The notes beneath the pieces are model-generated. The model did no database searches. It saw only the letters and a program-made list of their open reading frames with translations, and had not been told where the DNA came from. Position numbers and translations under genes: made by a program. A stretch of 60,078 bases of DNA, counting the filler, from Dirinaria sp. TL-2023a (Eukaryota): assembly GCA_051941275.1 (NCBI GenBank). It is 10 parts of 10 records of this genome, joined end to end, with 100 filler letters (N's around TTAATTAATTAA, not from the genome) between each part and the next. Parts side by side here need not be neighbours in the genome. Positions count along the whole stretch, not along the records: positions 48,167 to 54,078 come from JAVEBF010001568.1; positions 54,179 to 60,078 come from JAVEBF010001569.1; 8 more parts are not named here. One strand, written 5' to 3'. Positions 50,551 through 60,078 of the stretch are shown piece after piece. Numbering within the stretch: the first letter of the stretch is position 1; every line of letters begins with the position of its first letter.

Positions 50551-52343
50551 ATGCCTAATCATACGCTTGTCAATTGTAGCGTGTGGTATAATGAAGCATA
50601 CTTCGAAAATACTGCGCCCAAGCCTAACCCTGACGTATCGGGTATTGGTGTATGGTTCTCTTCTGTCCCTTTTCCTGTTCAATTCTACGGCCTGTGGCCG
50701 GTGCTTGGCTCGTACAATACTGACCGTTCAAAGATCCTTGTTGGATTTCTGGTGACAGCCTACTTGACCTTTCTCTTAGTTCTCCTCTACTACGTCACTG
50801 AGTGCGTTGAACACGACTTCATCAATGAGGTCGACCGAATGCTTCTTGCCAAAGTCTCGCTCAGGTCATACCTTCGATTCATCCCAAGACTGAGATCGAC
50901 GGTCCGCCGTGCCGTTCTCATGTACAGTGATCAACAGGCTGTGACAGGCATTACAGGCTGTGACAGGCATTGCTCTCCTCGCAAGTGGCTTCGCGCAGTT
51001 GAATGCCGGCATTGAAAGCTACGATTGGCAGATCTTGGTCTATCTTGCTTGGTTCTCTTCGCTCACCCACCTTACAACACTGACAATGCTTCGACAGTAC
51101 TTCCGAGACTTTCCTGTGTCGCGCCTCTGGAGATGTATCCTCATGCTTCTTACAGTCATCATGCTGATTGTCGCCATTTTACCAACCGGGGACAATTGGT
51201 GGTCCCAGACAGGATTTGCTGTACCTGCAGTGTGCTCTTTCCAACGGCTGGTATCCCGTGACCCATATAAGAGATTCGACTCTGGAGAAGTGGAATTTGT
51301 GTCTATGGTCATCTCACTCTTCGTACTGGTTTCTGGACATGTGGTGAGACTCGTTAAACTCTCAAGACGGGCTACAGAGTTCACCAGGAACTGGATGAGG
51401 ACGAGGCCTGGCAGATATCTTCACAGCATCCGACGCCGTGTCTTGCAGAGCGTTACGAGATCAGGTCCGAATATACACAAGATCCACCGGATTCTAGCAT
51501 ACGTGCTCGTGGAAACGTCATACGTTCTGCTGCGAGCCTCGTTCGAGATCTTCGACTCTCTAATCTGGGAGGTTTGTGTAGCTCCCCGTGCACGTGCTTT
51601 ACTTCAATCATTCTATAGCGTGACTGACTTCTGTGATTCCGCAATGAAAGATTCTTTGGCTTGCATTCGGTCTTGCTTGGGGGACTCGGAACTTGTTCAA
51701 TACCCGAAATAGTTTCAAATTCAGGAACACAGATGCCCAATATATCGACCAACCGGGGAACACTTGGAGTTTTGGGCAAATCTTCCCCGTGATATTGCTG
51801 GTGCTACCGCTCCTAAGCATTTTGGAGGCCTACTACGGTGAGTCAAAAACGTAAAGCATCATACGGGGAAACAATTTATGCTGATTCTTCTCAGAAATAG
51901 ACTTTCCCAGTCATGAGAACATAGCGGTTGACTCCCACCATGGGCCTGGGAGTATCTCGAATGGTGAAGAGCTCCGTGGCAGAGACAACACCCAACCAGA
52001 CCTTATACGTGTCGGTTACTGGAAACCAAGAATGGAAGACGCCACAAATATCGATGCTATCGCTTTGGAAACCCGATCGTCTATTAGAAGATCGGGAACA
52101 GACATCGAGACCGAGGAAGAACGCATAGATGGGGTTCGCTCTAGAGCATCGTTTGGCCGTAACACACCAGCAAACGACGGCCACACACCGCTCGGGACTT
52201 CAGCCGACGAATCTTTCGCGACTGAAGAGACAAGGTCAGAAATACCGCTTGTGTATCAGCAATTCCAGTGGTACTGGATTTTGGTCCGTACGATCTTCTT
52301 ATTAGTGTCTACGGTTATTACACTTGTTCTTGGCCTATCGTGA
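50551..52343 (+). pseudogene. Conserved fungal multi-pass membrane protein gene, frameshifted by a 19-bp tandem duplication
   Basis: Motifs PNPDVSGIG|ILVGF, SDQQAVTGIALL, WQILVYLAWFSSLTHL, WSFGQIFPVILL; ACAGGCTGTGACAGGCATT is duplicated at 50934-50971; introns at 50650-50733, ~51572-51650, ~51838-51894. Confidence 0.75.
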
Positions 52344-53153
52344 CAGTTTGTATATTTCTATTCATCATTAATCATTGCAGCATGTTTCATATTTAGCTTT
52401 TCCTTTTGTTATACCGGCACTTTTGTCATACTTTCGATTTTCCATAGAGCTATTGGAAACTCGCTGGAAAAATACCAGAGGATCAACCGTCAGAAACAAC
52501 GGATCTTACTCAATGTCTTTGCATCGTCGTATCCGCTATTTGCTAGTCCTACTATCCTTTCGATCACGCTTCTAATAATGTTATTATCATGAAGTCTCTC
52601 GTCGACGTAAGGAATCTCAGCGATTCGAGAGGCAACAGCTCGATGGCAGTACAGTGAATTTTTATCGTACTTCAGGCTCCAGTTGGACATTCGGGTATTG
52701 CATCTCGGACGCGAAAGGGTTGCGAATAAGGCATTGAGTTTTTGACGCGTTAGAGAAAGGAAGCTTCTTAAGTGAAGCCTGATGCAATAACTCCAGACGA
52801 TGAAGAACTACGAAATTCATACTATGTGCTTTTCACCGCCAAGGAAAACTCTACAGATTCCGTGAGATGGTCAAGAGGGGCTATGCGGTTGCTTGGGATA
52901 ACGCAATGCTGCGTAGCATTTTATTGGTTGATCACTTTGAAAGTTGGACACTTAATCGTGAACGCATCGCATGTGCTGACTTGTGCGGTGTAAGTGATGC
53001 TCTGTTAGCTACTACCTTCTCGTTGCCGTCATTCTGGAAACACTCCGCTGATTTGAGCTAACGCTTCATATTATCCCTTACCATGGATGCCGCCTACGGT
53101 ACAGTCTCTTGAGCCGTGTCTTACGATGCCCAAACATGCGGCCTAAACGCCAT

Positions 53154-54078
53154 TTAGCCGCTTTGACGTAGATACCAAGACCATGCTGCTACCACTGCCC
53201 CTGTAACCATCAACCCAATTCCCAAGTTCTTCACTACATACAGGACCGCGTATGCCCACAAGTCCGCATGCGCTTTGACGAAATTCTTACTGTCGTTCAC
53301 ATTGGGGAAAGCCTCTCCCGCAGGGACCTCCTTCCCCAAGAAAGTGCAAAGCGGCTCCCATCCCTGCTTGACCTCGTATTCCAACAGGCGATGTTTCGGG
53401 ACTACTTGTCGGACGTGTTCGTAATGCTCGAGAAACTTTTCTTTGCAGACGGGGCCATAGTTATTGGAGCAGAAGAGGGAGAATGTGAGTGAGCAGTTCG
53501 TGTACCATTCGCCGACCATGGAAGGGCCAAAGCGCGCAAGCAGGGGCCAAGAGCGCCACTGGAAGACGTGGAAAAGAGTACTTTGCATTGAGGCGAGCCA
53601 TGTCGTGGGATCGCGCTTGTTCAGGATGATGAGGGAATCAGGGTACTCGGCTGTGAATTCGCGGACAAAGAAAGTGCAAGGGACATCGAGCACGCACTGC
53701 TTGGGACATTCCCCTCTTGTTAGTAAGAGCACTGGACAGGGTCGCGAAAGGAAGAGAGAGATATTACGTCGAAGCCTCGGAAAACGCGATCGAAGTCGGC
53801 GCGGACCCATGGTCGACCTTGGCCGAAGAATTTGGCGCGTAGGGCGTCGTTCCAAAGGGCCAGATGACCGAGGTAAGCGCGGTCGGTGATATCATACGGT
53901 GTGTATCCGAGCTTCTTCAAGGCCGCGACGAGAGCTAAACGGATGCGATGAGTTTCCCATGTTAGCTTGAGGAGACAGAGATGGGAAGGGTGGCAGGGGA
54001 GACGGACACATGGTTCCCGAGCGCGGCATGCCCATGATGAAGAGCTGCATGGGTTTGTCATGCTTGACTATCTCGTTC
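53154..54078 (-). CDS. Sulfotransfer_4-like P-loop protein (often annotated NAD-dependent epimerase/dehydratase), probably 5'-truncated, 2 introns
   Basis: MQLFIMGMPRSGTM|SLVAALKKLGYTPY, FD|CVLDVP, YPDSLIILNKRD, VRQVVPKHRLLEYEVKQGWEPLCTFLGKEVP..FPNVND, C-terminal TM helix. Confidence 0.87.
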
Positions 54079-54178
54079 NNNNNNNNNNNNNNNNNNNNNN
54101 NNNNNNNNNNNNNNNNNNNNNNTTAATTAATTAANNNNNNNNNNNNNNNNNNNNNNNNNNNNNNNNNNNNNNNNNNNN
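54079..54178. other. Artificial contig spacer
   Basis: N44-TTAATTAATTAA-N44. Confidence 0.99.
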
Positions 54179-54483
54179 CGTTCCCTTATGTTTTCTTTGT
54201 GCATCTGCCATCATGAAGTAATCTGCGGATACATTGGTTCAAGGTCCTCTACCTCAAGCTCCACATGGCCCGGGCAGTGACCCTGTTTCATCCTGTTGCA
54301 GAGTTCTTAAAGTCCAACAGACTCCCCAGACCTTTTCCTCCTTCTTTTTCTTTTTTTCTCTCTCTATCACAGCAATCCCAATATACACTGCTACTCATTC
54401 AACATAAAAGCCAGCTCAACCACATACTGCTGTATTGATCTTTTCTTCACCCACTTATTACTCCTCCAATTCCTTCCAATATA

Positions 54484-55332
54484 ATGCTTATCATGCTACG
54501 TAAATTTGGCTTATTCGTGTTGGCCAGCATGGCCACCACCATCATGGCTCTTCCAACGGTATGTGGCACCCACTTCTAAGACCCTTGAATGACCGAGCAA
54601 CAACGATGGATCCCTTGCTTGACATTGACTGTATTTTGGGCAAACGACCAAGGACTCTCGAGAGCACTCGCCAGTATACACGAAAGCTCCGTACTAATCT
54701 TTCTCAGGACAATACCACTGCGTCCCCAACCGAGCCTACCCTTTTAGAGCTTCTAGCCGGCCTGAAGTACCACGACTTCGGCATTAGGCACTTTGCCGAC
54801 GATGGCGTCGTCCGCTCTTATGCCCCCAACGGAACAGTCCTCGACTACGTCAAGCTCAACGCCGCCCAAGTCCAGGAGATGGTTGACCGTCGTGGACGCG
54901 ATGACCATCTGGATGAAGTCTACCGCGGAGTCGACGGACACAATGTCACCGATGAAAAGCAGTGCACCAATCCCCCAGACCATCTTTTGCCTGTAAACCA
55001 CAAGGCCTGGATCAAGAACGTTACGGCTGAAATGCATGGTAAGTCGCACTGTCCCCGTAGCAGTCCAAGAGATGGCAAATGGAATCACTGACGCCAAACT
55101 CCTCCCTATAGCTTTCGAAAATTCGCAGCATCCTTCCACTGCTCCTGCCGCGCCTCATGACGGCAGTAGCGAGACTAATGACCTTCAACCCCGCTCAGAA
55201 TACCCAACCCACCCCTACCCAGCCCTGAGATGCTGGATCCATGATTGCATGAAGAATGCCGACTGTATCCCTCGTGGGTGCTTTCATTGTGGTGTAACCG
55301 ACGAGTACCCTGATGGGCTTTGTGACCCCTAG
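54484..55332 (+). CDS. Secreted precursor-like protein with C-terminal 6-Cys peptide, 3 exons (54484-54558, 54708-55038, 55112-55332)
   Basis: Signal-like MLIMLRKFGLFVLASMATTIMALP; GTATGT..CTAAT..CAG and GTAAGT..CTGAC..TAG introns in phase; domain HFADDGVVRSYAPNGTVLDYVKL; Cys-rich end. Confidence 0.8.
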
Positions 55333-56854
55333 GCAGAGGAAGTACACTGGATTAAAAGGGTGTACTGGGCTGTGGCAACTTTGCAAAGGCTCTGGCACAC
55401 AAATGGGAAAACAGGAATGTAGTTAAGGCGGAGAAGATATAGAAATGCTTAGATCGAGACTCTGATAGGTGAGGTAGAGATAGAAATTTGCATAGTTCGC
55501 TTTCACCGATGACAGTCCCCAACCAATCTTTCCCACACACACACATGTACGATCCAATCTCACATCAAAGTAATTGGCACATCAATCGCCAAAGATTGAG
55601 ACAATGGTTTCTCCTCCTTCATATACTGGGTTTTCTCTTGCCCCTCATCCCTTTTGGTCTATCTTATTTCCCCACCAGCACCACAAAAGATGTGTTCGCA
55701 AACTTACAGGCCCCATCCTAGAGACCGATGTCGATTGACGTACCGGCACACACTCCACAGAAGCTATCACACCATCCTACCTTATGCACCCAATTGGTAG
55801 GGTATGTGTCTTTGCGGGCTATTCAAGAGCCAGGTCGTATTCAATCACTGCAGTGGGTGCTATTGGTCTAGATTGATTCAGGTTATTATAGAGCAGAGGC
55901 ATGGGGGTGCTATTCATTGCGCAGAGAGAAGCTGGCCTTACCTGGGGTTTTCTAAGCGAGAATAGACACGCTAGCTATTTTAGGGCTAAGCGGTTCTCAG
56001 CCGACTGCCGTTTTCAATAGCTTTATCTATTATTCAGCTAAACAATAGGTGACTGATAATCCTTAAAATTGTTCGTGCTGAAATTGTATTATAATTTCTC
56101 GGCAATAGCTTTACGTGAAGAACAGCGACGTAAATCTGTGGTACGATGATGATCATTACATTTACCTTCTCGAATATAATCCTTCTATCGCTGACACTGC
56201 GTGATGTAAGCTTTTGACATCATACTTCTCGATCGAGTGGATCTTAAGTAATTCGGCAACCGTGGAGCTTGAAAATAGGAGCTATCTACGTACTCAGACC
56301 TCATAATATTCACAGATCAAATTCCTGTTGCTCTTATACTTTTTGATCATTGACATTGTCTGCGCGTGGCTAATATCTGTACTTACAGCAAGCTTAAGTG
56401 GCTAAAGAGTACAGGCGACCGCTTGTAATTCAGAGTGGCCAAGCGGAACTCGCATTCACGCAAGACAAACATGCTACGAGGAGTGCTGAATCTCATTTGT
56501 CACAATTCCACAGGACTCTGGCAGATTTCATGCCCGTGTAGTCAAATATTGGATTCCGACCACTTTTCCAGATGTCATGACCAAAACCGATCAAGGTCAG
56601 AAGTGTGCGTTGCGACGTGTCAAATGCGGATGATACCTCGCTCTAAGCGTAGAGGAAAGCGACAGCAAGTCCGCGCATGCTGTCGCATCAGAGGTCTCTG
56701 CGCTCGCGCAATTCGCTCCATGGACCATACCGCAATGGAAGCTACTTAGAGCCAGGCTCGATGTGCTCGTCAGAATTTCTTGTGGCTCGGCAATCTCCAC
56801 ATAATACGAGCATATCGATATACATCTCAGCATCTTCGTATGTTGAAATTCAAA

Positions 56855-58292
56855 ATGCAGCGCTTGTTGCAGGCCATCCCTATTTGTACTTTCCTCAGCA
56901 GAACGGGTGCACTATCTGTTCCTCCGTTGTTCTCGATCTCTCAGAATACGACTACCCAATATTCGCCGTCTACGAACCAGACGGTGTCAGCGTACCCGTT
57001 ATGTAGTGATTACCACTATGGCCACAACCTCAATCTAAGAAGCTGTGAGAATGCTTGGGCCAAGATTCAACAATCTATATTTCCTCAGAAATTTCGCAAG
57101 CGGTCTCAGGGTACAACAGAAACTATCAAACCACCCGATATGGCCCTGCCAGTCCGTTACTTGAGCGACGACGGTATCTGCGCCATCGACGTCACAAGCG
57201 GGCCTCAGTCCGGTCGAGACGTTCGTGCAGACATTACCACCGGTGTTCAAATCGCGGGAGTTGCCCGGCTAATTCTCGACAAATGTGTTCGTGACACGGG
57301 AACAGGAGGCTCTGTCGTCGGCATAGGTATGTATCGCTTTCTGTGTATAATCATGCTCCACACATATACCTTTTTATACCTAAGCTACACCGGCTTCTGA
57401 TGGATCCACTGTCTTCTTCTTTTTTTTTTTTTTTCGCCGTTATTCGATGGAAAATAGGGCTGGGATCACCTTCTCAAGCGACGGCGATCCTTCAATGCTT
57501 AGTAGTGCTTTGTTCCATGTCGAACGCGGACTGAACTTCCAACTCAGGTGCCGAAACAAGTCTTGCTGTCACAGTCACTAATTACGAGCCTTACGTCGAC
57601 TGTGAGCCAAGACCCTCTGTGGCTCCAACCGAAGCATCCTGTAGTCAGGTTCTCTCAAATATGCCTGCGCAGCGTGTTAAATATCGTTTTAGCGCAAGTA
57701 CTCACTACATCAAGGGCATCGCTAGACTCCCAAGGTTTTTCACGTCTGGTAAGCATCATGCTGGCTTCATCCCTCATATCCCCAATAATGGTTATTTCCT
57801 CTATACTGTCTCTCACAAGCAAAGAACAAGTTTTTGTATTTCATCAGTCGTGATACATACAGATTCCTGTAGCGTCACATATATTTCCACGACTAATCTC
57901 TTGTTGCCCTCGCTCCTATCGCCTCAACGGGAACAATCCAAATCTCTGGTTGGCTGTGAACGCTAATCTGCATAGACGACCATGACTGCCGAATATTGGT
58001 CACCATGGCCCCCGACCAGCCGCCAGCAAAGGCCAAATGGTTCGATATCTGGGCGGCCGGAGTGGCACTCAATACTATGTGTGTCCAACATGGGTTTACA
58101 GGTATCGTCAAGCAACTTGGTAAGCAATTCTCAACTTTTGTAAAGAAACACAGAGCTTCCCCAGGATCAGAAATTCACTCATATTGTATAGGTGACGATG
58201 ACCAGATATCCATCAGTCTTACATCTGCGCGCAATAATGCCGATGACTGGATATCGAACAATTCCACATCTCCAAGCGTTAGTTCAGAATAG
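56855..58292 (+). CDS. Secreted Cys-containing protein with two related domains, 4 exons
   Basis: Hydrophobic N-terminus; SCENAWAKI..LPVRYLSDDGICAIDV..LDKCVRDTGTGG then SCSQVLSNMP..LPRFFTS|DDHDCRILV..WFDIWAAGVALNTMCVQHGFTG; three phase-1 GT-AG introns. Confidence 0.78.
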
Positions 58293-58299
58293 GTCCAAT

Positions 58300-60078
58300 A
58301 TCCAATATTCACCCTAGATTCATATTTTCTGGCAAATCTCGAATAAGTATTTCTAAAGTAAGAGGACTATCAGCAAAAAAAAAAAAAAAAAAAAATTTCT
58401 ATCTAGAGAAAACAACTTGATTTCCTAATTCAAGATACAAATTTCAAATGAACATATAATCACAGTCGTAGTATCCAACGAAATTATAACCCAACTGATT
58501 TTTCTGCCTAGAGCAACTTCAAACCTTGACCCCTATCACATTTCCATCCCACCACCTTGGACCCTCCAAACAGTGCAGCCAAGCCCACCAATTCTGAGAA
58601 ACTTTCGCCCTGCTACATAGACGTAGATGAGCTAATTCAATATCAGCAGCATCGCTACAGAAGCTCGATGCCTATGCTTCGGATTTTAAAAAAAAAAAAA
58701 AAGAAGGAAAGTTTTTTTTTCCTTGGGGAGAGGAATAAATCGATATGTGGATGTATGAGAAAGAGAAAGAGTGAAGCGAGCGGATGGACGAGAATAGAAG
58801 GGAAGTAGACGACAAGAGAAAGAGAAAAAGGAAGAAGAGAAGAAGAGCTGAAGAAGAGCTGAAAATTTGAAATTTTCGCTGAAGAATAGAGAGACTTTTG
58901 GATTGGATAACCAAGTTCTGTTACATGTGAGTTTATATATATTCCATGCGAGAGCAAAGAGAGAAGAGAAGTAAACTCGTTTCTTTTTTAATTTTTTATT
59001 TTATCTTTTTTTTTTTTGCAAACAAATGTTTTTTTTGGTCAACAACATTGCTTTCTCTTTCCCCTTCTTCTCTACCTTAATCCTCCAAATTCACGAATAA
59101 ATCCTCTTCACCTCTTTCCTCATTTCACATTCTCCTTAAATACAGAATCGAAATCTCCCCTTGATATTTTTCACGAGATCTAGATCCCTTAATATCGTAA
59201 TAGAAAAATTAGAAGACTGATCTTAATTCAACTCAAACTTTTCTTTTCTTTCTTTTATCTTACTTCCTCACGTCACCACTACCCTTTCTCCTCCTTTTCT
59301 AATCTCAAAATTTAATTCTCATCCATTCATTAAATCAAAATCACCATCAGCTCTCTCGATTCACTCACGCTCTTTTATTCTATGCATGTACTAAAATTAA
59401 AAGTTAATAAAAACTGACTTATCTGTCTGTGTCGGCTGCAATGTTCCCATGTCAAAAATTCATTCCTCAATTTTTCTATAATAGGAATAAAATTGTTTTC
59501 TAATCTCATGTGATGTATCTTTCTGAAAACCTCTCTTCTAATCCCTTTTGTGTCTCTCTTAGTAAGAAGAAAATGCGATACGATAGTTATATTTATATGT
59601 TTTATTTTCAGGATACTTCATATACCAAAAAAAAAAAAAAAAGAATTAAAGAAACTCAACAATCAATATAAGATCTCAAATTCATAACGAGACCTCGTGT
59701 GAAAACCCCCTTGTGATCCCTAAGAACAGATATACTTTCTCATTTTTCTCTGTTCCAATATCGAAGATAATCCTTTCTCTTACCTCTATCTAATCCCTTT
59801 CCTCTCTTCCCCTTCTCCCTCCCCCCTATTCCCTCCAAAAATATAAAAACTCAACCCTCCTCCTTCCATTCCCTTCCATCTCTGTGTTTTCTGACACGAG
59901 TGAACACTTAACCGACTTACCCTGTCCTCAATCCTTTCTTTTGCCCCTCGTCTTCTCTTCAAATCACTTCTCTGAAACAATACATCAAACAGTATCAGAC
60001 AGAGATACAAATACTCGTGCAACACTCATACTTAAAAACATCGAACGTCGAGCTTAATTGCTTGATACAATCCTCATG
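58300..60078. other. AT-rich low-complexity non-coding region
   Basis: Poly-A/T runs, GA- and CT-rich tracts, no credible ORF. Confidence 0.6.

Overview
This window is eukaryotic, not prokaryotic. It is intron-rich filamentous ascomycete DNA, with GT-AG introns and CTRAY branch points; the gene-family mix suggests a lichen-forming or related Pezizomycotina fungus (inference). It is not one locus: ten contigs of about 5.9 kb (5930, 5927, 5926, 5922, 5917, 5915, 5915, 5914, 5912, 5900 nt, descending size) are joined by identical artificial 100-nt spacers (N44-TTAATTAATTAA-N44), so no synteny can be inferred across spacers. Genes supported by motifs and splice signals: a non-canonical poly(A) polymerase, an FTA2-domain kinase-like protein, an F-box-like protein, a VelC-type velvet regulator, a DUF7703-type membrane protein, a 9-exon class I sesquiterpene synthase, a DUF7726-like protein, a truncated ankyrin protein, a Zn2Cys6-like regulator, an atypical SDR, a frameshifted membrane protein, a Sulfotransfer_4-like protein and three secreted proteins. 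Two decayed pseudogenes are also present. The most unusual signals are a 107/104-bp palindrome-containing tandem array (43735-44305) with an LRR-like reading that shifts frame every unit, a 26-bp near-perfect hairpin between divergent genes (34969-35027), and a secreted precursor ending in a 6-Cys peptide. No complete novel multi-gene system could be demonstrated. Family names come from recalled motifs, not database searches.
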